Of a DNA stretch of 64,000 nucleotides, positions 1 to 10,125 are shown piece by piece. The first letter of the stretch is position 1. Each line of letters begins with the position of its first letter. Origin of the DNA: Ranitomeya imitator. Taxonomy: Eukaryota. The notes below the pieces were generated by a model that saw nothing but the letters and a program-made list of their open reading frames with translations, searched no databases and was not told the origin of the DNA. The translations under genes were made by a program, and so were the position numbers. The DNA lies in the NCBI RefSeq assembly GCF_032444005.1, contig NC_091287.1, positions 460,102,001 through 460,166,000 on the forward strand, read 5' to 3'.

Positions 1-560
1 GAGGAAATGTCCAGTCGGCAGATAGTGGCTTCTTTTCCTCTAATTAGGGAATCCCTCACAAGCAACACTCTCCTTTTCTTCTTCACCACAGTGCTTTTTT
101 TCTCTCTTCGAGAGGCTTCTGATTTCTTACTTGAGTGCACAGCTCTTTTTTTATGTAAATCTTCATAGTTGTCCTATGTGAGAGCCTGGCAGCAGTTCTT
201 TCTTCAGTGATATGGGTGCTGGCTGCCTCCTCATCCTCCTGTTCCTTTGGGTCACATGCTTCCATCTCGCTTCTTCTGCAGGTACATTGAAATGTGCTTC
301 TATTCAAACATTTTGAACAGTTATTTCTACTCTGTCATTAGCTTCTGCAGGAACGCTGAAAATTTCTTCACTTACCACATTATGAAGAGATTCTTCTGCT
401 CTGTCAAGGAAATCCTCATTTTCTTTGATGATCTGTGTAGCTACTCTCTCCTGAAGACTTTAAAACTTTTCCTCTAACGTTGTCACAAGCTTGCATTTCT
501 GACATGTAAAGTTTGCCTTTTCCCATGTCAAGTCTGTAAACATATAACTCAAATGGCTAG
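1..560 (-). mobile_element. CR1-type LINE ORF1 remnant (Cys-x2-Cys N-terminus + start of SGNH esterase-like domain), degraded
   Basis: Minus strand reads FTCQKCKLVTTLEEK (~460-520) and VAVRDSLIRGKEATICRLDIS (1-65), matching the CR1 ORF1 pattern GDSLLRGTEAAICRPD; broken by stops and frameshifts; runs off the window edge. Confidence 0.7.
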
Positions 561-849
561 ACACCATATGGATAATCTGCTTTTCCATGTTGAACAAAAC
601 GTATTTCTGTGGAATTGCTGTAAAGATTTGCGCGCTGTCAGGCTCGCGGCCACTCTTCATTCTTCCCAGAATGCACCAGGAATATTCAATTTGTCTTCCT
701 TGAGTTTGACGATTTCCTTCAAGCAGCACCCAAGGATCATCAGACTCACGGTGACTCTTCACTCTTTCTAGAATGTACCAGGAATAAGCAAATTATTTCC
801 CTGGCGCTTCACTTCCTGATTTCATTATAAAATGAATGATGTCATTCAA

Positions 850-985
850 AAGCACAACTTGTCCCTAAAAAATAAGCCCTCCTTTGGTTTGTCTATGTAA
901 AAATAAAAAATATGGCTTATGGAACAATTTGAGGAAAAAGTGAAAATGGCAAAAATGAGAAATAGTCATGTCGGAAAGGGGTTAA
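850..985. mobile_element. Orphan right end of a piggyBac-like non-autonomous element
   Basis: Ends ...GGAAAGGGG|TTAA (978-985), the same terminus type as the elements at 1268-5188 and 47415-50799. Confidence 0.4.
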
Positions 986-1829
986 AATATTTAGATCAAT
1001 TTCTTACTTACGTAATTATCTTACTTGTGATCAGATAAATGTATTGAAGTTGAAGAGTTCAATATCTGTAGTTATTAAACCAGATGACATAGGAGGAACC
1101 ATGGAGATTTGGCTTGTTGAGAAGTATGAATATGAAGTGATTAGATTACAGCTGAAAGATGTCAATTGCTAGAAGCAATTGGATAATAATCCATCTGTGA
1201 AATTAAAACAGATTTGGAAATTTTGCTTAGAGTAGATGAAGCAAATATCTGTAAATGAGTTTATTAACCCCTTAGTGACAGAGCCAATTTGGTACTTAAT
1301 GACCGAGCCAATTTTTGCAATTCTGACCACTGTCATATTATGAGGTTATAACTCTGGAACGCTTCAACGGATCTCGCTGATTCTGAGAATGTTTTTTCGT
1401 GACATATTGTACTTCATGTTAGTGGTAACATTTCTTCGATATTCCTTGCGATTATTTATGAAAAAAACGGAAATATGGCGAAAATTTTTAAAATTTTGCA
1501 ATTTTCAAACTTTGTATTTTTATGCCCTTAAATCAGAGTGATAGGTCACAAAAAATAGTTAATAAATAACATTTCCCACATGTCTACTTTACATCAGCAC
1601 AATTTTGGAAACAAAATTTTTTTTTGTTAGGGAGTTATAAGGGTTAAAAGTTGACCAGCAATTTCTCATTTTTACAACACCTTTTTATTTTAGGGACCAC
1701 ATCACATTTGAAGTCATTTTGAGGGGTTTATATGATAGAAAATAACCAAGTCTGACACCATTCTAAAAACTACACCCCTCAAGGTTCTCAAAACCACATT
1801 CAAGAAGTTTATTAACCCTTTACGTGCTT

Positions 1830-3290
1830 CACAGGAACTGAAACAATGTGGAAGGAAAAAATGAACATTTAACTTTTTTTTGCAAACATTTTAATTCAGA
1901 ACCATTTTTTTTTATTTTCACAAGTGTAAAAACAGAAATGTAACCATAAATTTTGTTATGCAATTTCTCCTGAATACGCCAATACCCCATATGTGGGGGT
2001 AAACCACTGTCTGGGCGCACCGCAGAACTTGGAAGTGAAGGAGCGCCGTTTGACTTTTTTCAATGCAGAATTGGCTGGAATTGAGATCGGACGCCATGTC
2101 ACGTTTAGAGAGCCCCTGATGTGCCTAAACAGTGGAAACCCCCCACAAGTGACACAATTTTGTAAACTAGACCCCTTAAGGAACTTATCTAGATGTGTGG
2201 TGAGCACTTTGAACCCCCAAGAGCTTCACAGAAGTTTATAATGTAGAGCCGTGAAAATAAAAAATCGCATTTGTTTACACAAAAATGATCTTTTCGCCCA
2301 CAAATTCTTATTTTCACAAGGGTAACAGGAGAAATTAGACCACAAAAGTTGTTGTGTGATTTCTCCTGAATACGTTGATACCCCATATGTGGGGGTAAAC
2401 CACTGTTCGGGCGCACCGCAGAGCTTGGAAGTGAAGGAGCGCCATTTTACTTTTTCAATGTAGAATTGTCTGGAATTGAGATTGGATGCCATGTCGCGTT
2501 TGGAGAGCCCCTGATGTGCCTAAACAGTGGAAACCCCCCACAAGTGACCCCATTTTGGAAACTAGACCCCCCAAGGAACTTATCTAGATGTGTGGTGAGA
2601 ACTTTGAATGCCCAAGTGCTTCACAAAAGTTTAGAATGCAGAGTCGTGAAAATAAAAAATATATTTTTTTTCCACAAAAAAGATTTTGTAGCCCCCAAGT
2701 TTTTATTTTCACAAAGGTAACAGGAGAAATTGGACCCCAAAAGTTGTTGTCCAATTTATCCCGAGTATGCCGATGCCCCATATGTGGGGGTAAACCACTG
2801 TTTGGGCGCACGGCAGAGCTCGGAAGGGAAGGAGTGCCGTTTTGGAATGCAGACTTAGATAGAATGGTCTGTGGGCATTATGTTGCGTTTGCAGAGCCAC
2901 TGATGTATCTAAACAGTAGTAACCCCCCACAAGTGACCCCATTTTGGAAACTAGACCCCCCAAGGAACTTATCTAGATGTGTGGTGAGAACTTTGAATGC
3001 CCAAGTGCTTCACAGAAGTTCAGAATGCAGAGTCGTGAAAATAAAAAAATATTTTTTTTTCCACAAAAAAGATTTTTTAGCCCCCAAGTTTTTATTTTCA
3101 CAAGGGTAACAGGAGAAATTGGACCACAAAAGTTGTTGTCCAATTTACGCCCCATATGTGGGGGTAACTCACTGTTTGGGCGCACGGCAGAGCTCAGAAG
3201 GGAGCACCATTTGACTTTTTGAGCGCAAAATTGGCTGTGGTGTTTGGAGACCCCCTGATGTAACTAAACAGTGGAAACCCCCTAATTCTA
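1830..3290 (+). repeat. ~395-bp tandem repeat (about 4 units) inside piggyBac-like element
   Basis: Anchor CCCCATATGTGGGGGTAA recurs at ~1985, 2381, 2776 and 3150 (the last unit has a ~20-bp deletion). Confidence 0.9.
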
Positions 3291-3294
3291 GCTC

Positions 3295-4293
3295 CAACCC
3301 TAACCCCAACACACCCCTAACCCTAATCCCAACCCAATCCATAATCCTAATCACTAACCCTAACAATAATCACAACCCTTACCCCAAAACAACCCTAATG
3401 TCAACCCTAACCATAACCCTAATCAAAACCCTAAATCCAACACAACCCTAATCCTAATCTCAACCCTAACCTCAAACCTAACCCTAATCCCAATACACCC
3501 CTAATCACAACCCTAACCTTAACCCTAATCCCAAACCTAACCCTAATCCCAAGCGTAACCCTAATGCCAACCCTAACCCTAATACCAACTCTAATCCAAA
3601 CCCTAACCCTAATCCCAAATCTAACCCTAACTTTAGCCCCAACCCTAGCCCTAACTTTAGCCCCAACCCTAACCCTAAAGCTTCTTTCACACTTGCGTCG
3701 TTTGGCATCCGTCGCAATCCGTCGTTTTGGACAAAAAACGGATCCTCCAAATGTGCCCGCAGGATGCGTTTTTTGCCCATAGACTTGTATTGCCGACGGA
3801 TCGTGACGGATGGCCACACGTCACGTCCATCGTGCACTGGATCAGTTGTGTTTTGGCGTACCGTCGGCACAAAAAACGTTCACTGTAATGTTTTTTTGTA
3901 TGTCGCGTCTGCCATTTCTGACCGCACATGCGTGGCCGTAACTCCGCCCCCTCCTCCCCAGGACATAGATTGGGCAGCGGATGCATTGAAAAACTACATC
4001 CGCTGCCCACGTTGTGCACAATTTTCACAACGTGCGTCGGTATGTCGGGCCGACGCATTGCGACGGCCCCGTACCGATGTAAGTGTGAAAGAACCCTAAC
4101 CCTGAATTTAGCCCCAACCCTAACCCTAGCTTTAACCCTAGCCCTAACCCTAGCCTTAGCCCTAACTCTAGCCCGAACCCTAGCCCTAGCCCTAACCCTG
4201 GCCCTAATCCTAACCCTAGCCCTAACCCTAGCCCTAGCCCTAACCCTAACCCTAGCCCTAACCCTAACCCTAACCCTAGCCCTAAACCTAACC
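3295..4293 (+). repeat. Interstitial telomere-like (CCCTAA/CCCTAG/CCCAA) tract, interrupted by a Harbinger MITE
   Basis: Degenerate CCCTAA hexamers at 3295-3678 and a more regular CCCTAA/CCCTAG run at 4094-4293 up to the gap. Confidence 0.95.
3679..4096. mobile_element. PIF/Harbinger-type MITE inserted into the telomere-like tract
   Basis: TAA at 3676-3678 and 4097-4099; 16-bp TIR AGCTTCTTTCACACTT vs GGGTTCTTTCACACTT (reverse complement of right end). Confidence 0.8.
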
Positions 4294-4425
4294 NNNNNNN
4301 NNNNNNNNNNNNNNNNNNNNNNNNNNNNNNNNNNNNNNNNNNNNNNNNNNNNNNNNNNNNNNNNNNNNNNNNNNNNNNNNNNNNNNNNNNNNNNNNNNNN
4401 NNNNNNNNNNNNNNNNNNNNNNNNN
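4294..4425. other. Assembly gap (N run)
   Basis: Run of n characters. Confidence 1.
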
Positions 4426-5364
4426 GCTGTTCTCCTGCCGGCCGGCAGATGAAGACAGATGGTGGGCGCACTGCGCATGCGCCCGCCATTTTCTTTTGCC
4501 AGCGGCCAGGAGGAGCAGCAGGAGGACCCAGGGACACAGGTGAGTATGGCAGGGTCCCCGAATCCCCCTATTTCTCTGTCCTCTGATGTGCGATCACATC
4601 AGAGGACAGAGAATTACACTTTGACTTTTTTTTTTTTTTTTGCGGTCGCCGGTAAACAGTTAATTACCGGCGATCGCAAAACAGGGGTCGGTAAAACCGA
4701 CCCCGATCATGCTCTTTGGGGTCTTGGCTACACCCGGCAGCCGAGACCCCAAAGATTCTCCTGGGGCCGGCCGGCGGGCGCACTGCGCATGCGCCCGCCA
4801 TTTTGAAGATGGCGGCGCCCACCGGGCGCCACGAGGAGCACCGGGGGAGATAGGTGAGTATCGGGGGGCTATCTGGGACCCCCTTTCTCTGTCCTCTGAT
4901 GTGCGATCACGTCGGAGGACAGAGAAATTAAAAAGAGATCGCGTTTTTTTTTTTTTGCGATCGCCGGTAAACGGTTAATTACCGGCGATCGCAAATGCGG
5001 GGTCGGTACAAAACCCCCCGAATCATGTTTTCTGGGGTCTCGGCTACCCCCGGCAGCCGAGACCCCGGAGAAAATCAGACTCTGGGGGGCGCTATTCACT
5101 TTTTCCACAGCGCCGTTAATTAACGGCGCTGTGGTTTAAGTACCCTTAGCGGCCGCCGTTAAAAGGCGTATCGGCGGTCGCTAAGGGGTTAAAGGGAACC
5201 TGTCAGAAACACCCAAAAAACACTATTTATCTGCAACTATAGTGGTAATCAACAGGTATATACCATTTCAAACATGTACAAAACTGTAACTGAAAGTACA
5301 ACTAAAGAGTGAAAAAAATAACATCAAAGGGCAGAATCATCAAAGCTTTGCTAACCACTGAGCA

Positions 5365-5565
5365 GCATGGTGGCTCAGTGTTTACAACTGTAGCCCTGCA
5401 GAGCTTCAAATCCCACCAAGGGCAAAATCTGCAAGAAGTTTGTATGTTCTTCCCATGTTTGTGTGGGTGTTCTCCCACTCTCTAAAGACATGCTGATAAG
5501 AAACGTAGATTGTGAAGATTGTGCTGTGGAATATGATGGCGCTATGTAAGTTAGAATAATAATAA
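5365..5565 (+). mobile_element. tRNA-derived V-SINE-like element, degenerate; tail-to-tail with a minus-strand L2/SINE tail at ~5560-5620
   Basis: GGTGGCTCAGTG A-box-like and TTCAAATCCC B-box-like head; V-domain-like AGTTTGTATGTTCTTCCCATGTTTGTGTGGG; L2-like tail GGAATATGATGGCGCTAT followed by (AAT)n. Confidence 0.7.
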
Positions 5566-5628
5566 CTTTTATTTATACTGTATAGCGCCAACATATTCCG
5601 CAGCACTTTACAATAAAATGGTGACATA

Positions 5629-6160
5629 CAGTGCCTTGCAAAAGTATTCAGTAAAGAATGGTAATAACGGTCCTAGGAGCGCTGGAAATGAGACCAAAAC
5701 AAGGATTTTAGTGTTGAATCACCTGAAACTTTAGTGTTGAAACTTCCACCCGATGAAGACTGTTTAACCGTTGAAACGCGTTGTGGTTCAACACTAAAAT
5801 CCTTGTTTTGGTCTCATTTCCAGTGCTCCTAGGACCGTTATTACTGTTCTTTACTGCATTTTGTATCCTCCTAGAAGGTTAACGGCTGGAGCTGCGGTGG
5901 ACCTTTTGCTTTCAATTTTAACTGTGACCCTCACATCGCTCCCTAGTGACCGCTTTCTTTTCCCTTGAATTTCATTGCAAAAGTATTCGGCCCCCTGGAA
6001 CTTTTCAACCTTTTCCCACATATTATGCTTCAAACATAAAAATACCAAATGTAAATTTTTGGTGAAGAATCAACAACAAGTGGAACACAATTGGGAAGTT
6101 GAACAAAATGTATTGGTTATTTTAAATTTTTGTGGAAATTCGAAAACTTTATGTTGACAA
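5629..6160 (+). mobile_element. Tc1-like left-end fragment interrupted by a Penelope-like insertion
   Basis: TA|CAGTGCCTTGCAAAAGTATTC...GGCCCCCTGGAACTTTTCAACC is a typical Tc1 TIR once the 5650-5974 insert is removed. Confidence 0.7.
5650..5974. mobile_element. 325-bp Penelope-like remnant: ~70-bp inverted repeat with a hammerhead-like loop, flanked by a 14-bp target duplication
   Basis: TTGCAAAAGTATTC duplicated at 5636-5649 and 5975-5988; inverted arms 5649-5720 and 5787-5856; loop contains CCAC-CCGATGA-AG...GAAACGCGTT-GTGG. Confidence 0.65.
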
Positions 6161-6195
6161 GCAGCAGCATTTATTCGCTATGCCACAAATCTTAA

Positions 6196-6995
6196 CCCTG
6201 CTGTTCTGTTCGGGTCATAGTGACCCGAACAGATTTTTTGCGGCCCTGTAGATTTTTTTCTGTAAGTCTATAATACTTGAGACTCCTTGACTTTTCCTCA
6301 TTTGGGGGGACCTACCTATGAGTATTTTTTTTTTTTTTTCGTTTACTTTTTGCTACACGCAAAAAGTTACACTTGTTGTGTTCGGGTCATAGTGACCCGA
6401 CATCGTTTTTTACAGCTGTGAGGCCATATTTTCAGTGAAATAAAGGAGTTATAACCTCAGTTGGGTCTATTTATTGCATCTACTATTGTATATCAATTGA
6501 TTTATTTCCTAAATTATTTCAATGGGGTCGTACACGCGCTCTACCGGGGGTATGCATTGAGATCTGCGCACCATAAAAATGGCTTTATATTGATTATTTT
6601 TGGTGCGCAGTCTATTCTAAAATGTAGAGTGCATCCGGAGAGATCACTAGGTGTGCACTACACGTGTATATTATGCGCAGAACGGACTGCTCAGAACGCG
6701 CTGTCTAAGACGTTTTTTTTTGTAAAGCTGAGCTGTAAAGTCTTGCAAATAATTTGTGTAGTTTTCAATTTTCGTTTTGCTCATTGATCTGTTTTTTCAG
6801 AATAAAAACAAAAAAAAAAAGATTTCTAGTTCATTTTTCTTTTTTTTTTTACTACCAAGCATGTTCACAAACAGTCTAGTAAGCAAAAAGTATAAAAAAA
6901 TGGAGTTAGAGTGTCTAAAATCAAGGTTTAATAAGCCGGGTCATAGTGACCCGGAACACTACAAGTGTATAGTAAATGCGAACAAAACAGCAGGG
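6196..6995. mobile_element. piggyBac-like MITE (~800 bp)
   Basis: TTAA at 6192-6195; 17-bp TIR CCCTGCTGTT(C/T)TGTTCG; three copies of the subterminal palindrome CGGGTCATAGTGACCCG; right TSD degraded (TTCC). Confidence 0.75.
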
Positions 6996-7784
6996 TTCCA
7001 GCAGGGAATAGATAAGGATTTGTGCCAAGGTGTACATAGAAGTGTATGCCACTCATCAGATGCGTCTCTTAATTTATCAGGAGCATCTGACTACAGTGCC
7101 CTTCCTCATCAACACTTGCATGTTCATTGACCTGAAAAATAATTGTAAATATTCCCTGGACTACTAAGCAATTTTGTGTGACTAACCCTGAACAGTATCT
7201 TGATGGCAGGTCCACAATCCAGAAGCCATTTTCGACTACAAAAGTGACCACTGCAGCACAATCCCAAAATTGTTTGTGCTAAAATCTAGTGGCAGTACTT
7301 GTTGGAATGCCAGTTGTCACTACTCACGGACAAGCTGCGAGGGAGGGTAATCAAATGTTTAGGGGTCAGATAAGAGAGCTCGTCATAAATAGTGTTAAGC
7401 CACCTCCGTAGTGTTCAGGTTCAGTTCGGTTCGTCGAACAGGGACGTGTTCGACGAAATGTTCGTCGAACGTTCGAGGAACACCGTCGAACCCCATTGAA
7501 ATCAATGGCAGGCAAACACAAACACATACAAACACATGGAAAACACATAGAAAACACCTTAAAAATGTGTCCAAAAGCTGACAAACTGCTCAGAAGACAC
7601 AACAAACACATGGAAAAGTCACAACCACACATAGTCATGGGAAAAGAAAAGAGGTGGAGGAGTAAAAGGAGGAGGAGACACAGATATAGGCATGTCATGC
7701 CCTTCTAAAACCAAGAAAGGCTGGAGTAAAAATCTAAACTCACTCTATCAACACCCAGACGTCTTGACAAAAAAAATAAAAAAA

Positions 7785-8290
7785 TAAATATCTTTAGGAA
7801 GAATGGCAACGGGTCCATTCAGAACACTTTCCTTAGAAGACGTAGTGGTACCCTGATTGGGATTTGTGCCAAAAAATGAACCCAATACATTCAGACTAAT
7901 CCACCATTTGTCATATCCAAGCGGCAGGTCAGTAAACGACAACATCGACGCAGAACCAAGTACAGTACTATGTACTGTACCTCCTTTGACGAGGCAATCA
8001 GAAGAAGTTGGTAAGGGGCACCCTAATGGCCAAAACAGACATTGAGGAGGCGTTTTGGTTACTACCTGTGCCTCTGAATAGAGTCCTCCCATTGGGCTGC
8101 TTCTGTGAAGGAGCATACTACATAGATCGCTGTTTGCCCATGGGGTGCTCCATATCCTGCTCACTATTTGAGGCCTTTAGTTGCTTCCTCGAATGTGTCG
8201 TCATGGACGTTTGTAAGGCGGCACATATTATCCATTACCTCGATGACTTCTTATGCCTGGGCCCAAAAGATTCGCCACAGTGTGAAAACA
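7785..8290 (+). mobile_element. DIRS/Ngaro-type (tyrosine-recombinase retrotransposon) reverse transcriptase fragment
   Basis: LGFVPKNEPNTFRLIHHLSYPSGRSVNDNID; MAKTDIEEAF..LPV; DRCLPMGCSISC; IHYLDDFL (YLDD motif); frameshifted. Confidence 0.8.
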
Positions 8291-8369
8291 CGCGGTAGTC
8301 CACCTGTGAGAAGGAGAGAGCTGGAGGGAGAGTGGACACCCCAAAGCCGAGGGGTTAGATTGAGAAAGA

Positions 8370-10125
8370 TAGAAGTCAGTGTAGCTTGCTTCATGGGTGG
8401 GGTACTCTGCTGAGTAGCAGAAATTGCTACTAGGCCCAAAAGGATTTCCTGGGCTAGATGCCGTTAAAAAATAGTACTTAGGTAAACAGGCGGTGTAGCT
8501 TGCTTCATGGGTGGGGTACTGTGCTGAGTAGCACAAAATGCTATTAGGTACAAAAGATTTCCTGGGCTAGATGCCATTACAAAATAGTAGTTAGGTAAAT
8601 AGGCAGTGTAGCTTGCTTCATGGGTGTGGTACGCTGCTGAGTAGCACTAAATTCTACTAGGCTCAAAAGGATTTCCTGGGCTAGAAGCCGTTGCAAAATA
8701 GTGGTTAGGTAAACAGGCGGTGTAGCTTGCTTTATGGGTGAAGTACGCTGCTGAGTAGCACCAAATTCTACTAGGCCCAAAAGGATTTCCTGGGCCAGAT
8801 GCCGTTAAAAAATAGGACTTAGGTAAACAGGCGGTGTAGCTTGCTTCATGGGTGGGGTACTGTGCTGAGTAGCACAAAATGCTGTTAGGTACAAAACGAT
8901 TTCCTGGGCTAGATGGAGTTAAAAATTTGTAATTAGATCAACAGGCGGTGTAGCTTGCTTCATGGGTGGGGTATGCTGCTGAGTAGCACTAAATTCTACT
9001 AGGCCCAAAAGGATTTCCTGGGCTAGATGCAATTACAAAACAGTAGTAAGGTAAACAGGCAGTGTAGCTTGCTTCATGGGTGAAGTACGCTGCTGAGTAG
9101 CACCAAATTTTACTAAGCCCAAAAGGATTTCCTGGGCCAGATGCCGTTACAAATTAGTAGTTAGGTAAACAGGCGGTGTAGCTTGCTTCATGGGTGGGAT
9201 ACGCTGCTGAGTTGCACCAAATTCTATTAGGCCCAAAAGGATTTCCTGGGCTAGATGCTGTTAAAAAATAGGACTTAGGTAATCAGGCAGTGTAGCTTGC
9301 TTCATGGGTGGGGTACGTTGCTGAGTAGCACTAAATTCTACTAGGCCCAAAAGGATTTCCTGGGCTAGATGCCGTTACAAAATAGTAGTTAGGTAAACAG
9401 GCAGTGTAGCTTGCTTCATGGGTGAAGTAAGCTGCTGAGTAGCACCAAAATCTACTAGGCCCAAAAGGATTTCCTGGGCTAGATAGCATTACAAAATAGT
9501 AGTTAGGTAAATAGGCGGTGTAGCTTGCTTCATGGGTGAAGTATGCTGCTGAGTTGCACCAAATTCTACTAGGCCCAAAAGGATTTCCTGGGCTAGATGC
9601 CATTACAAAATAGTAGTTAGGTAAACAGGCGGTGTAGCTTGCTTCATGGGTGGGGTATGCTGCTGAGTAGCACCAAATTTTACTAGGCCCAAAAGGATTT
9701 CCTAGGCCAGATGCTGTTAAAAAATAGTACTTAGGTAAACAGGCGGTGTAGCTTGCTTCATGAGTGGGGTACTGTGCTGAGTAGCACAAAATTCTTTTAG
9801 GTACAAAACGATTTCCTGGGCTAGATGCAGTTAAAAATTTGTAATTAGATAAACAGGCAGTGTAGCTTGCTTCATTGGTGGGGTACGCTGCTGAATAGCA
9901 CTAAATTCTACTAGGCCCAAAAGGATTTCCTGTGCTATATGCCATTACTAAATAGTACTTAGGGAAACAGGCAGTGTAGCTTGCTTCATGGGAGGGGTAC
10001 GCTGCTGAGTAGCACCAAATTCTACTAGGCCCAAAATGATTTCCTGGGCCAGATGCCATTAAAAAATAGTACTTAGGTAAACAGGCGGTGTATCTTGCTT
10101 CATGGGTGGGGTACGCTGCTGAGTA
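8370..10125 (+). repeat. ~120-bp tandem array (about 14 units) inside hAT, 3' of the transposase
   Basis: Unit GCTGCTGAGTAGCACCAAATTCTACTAGGCCCAAAAGGATTTCCTGGGCTAGATGC...AGGTAAACAGGCGGTGTAGCTTGCTTCATGGGTGGGGTAC repeated. Confidence 0.95.

Larger units (their letters stand above)
1268..5188 (+). mobile_element. piggyBac-like non-autonomous DNA transposon, copy 1 (internal ~395-bp repeats, telomere-like tract, GC-rich 3' end)
   Basis: TTAA at 1264-1267 and 5189-5192; termini CCCCTTAGTGAC / GTCGCTAAGGGG (imperfect TIR starting CCC). The 5' ~2 kb is homologous to 47415-49400. No transposase ORF. Spans an N gap. Confidence 0.8.

Noticed and set aside
3295-4425. True chromosome end or telomere fusion site at the gap
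   Set aside because: The tract is degenerate, has the same orientation on both sides of the MITE, lies within matched transposon termini and is repeated inside the second copy at 49080-49408.
3431-4537. ORFs encoding (RV)n, (GL)n and (TL)n dipeptide repeats
   Set aside because: These are translations of the CCCTAA tract and run through an N gap; there is no evidence of a gene.
5365-5420. tRNA gene
   Set aside because: Only degenerate A/B boxes of a SINE head; no cloverleaf.
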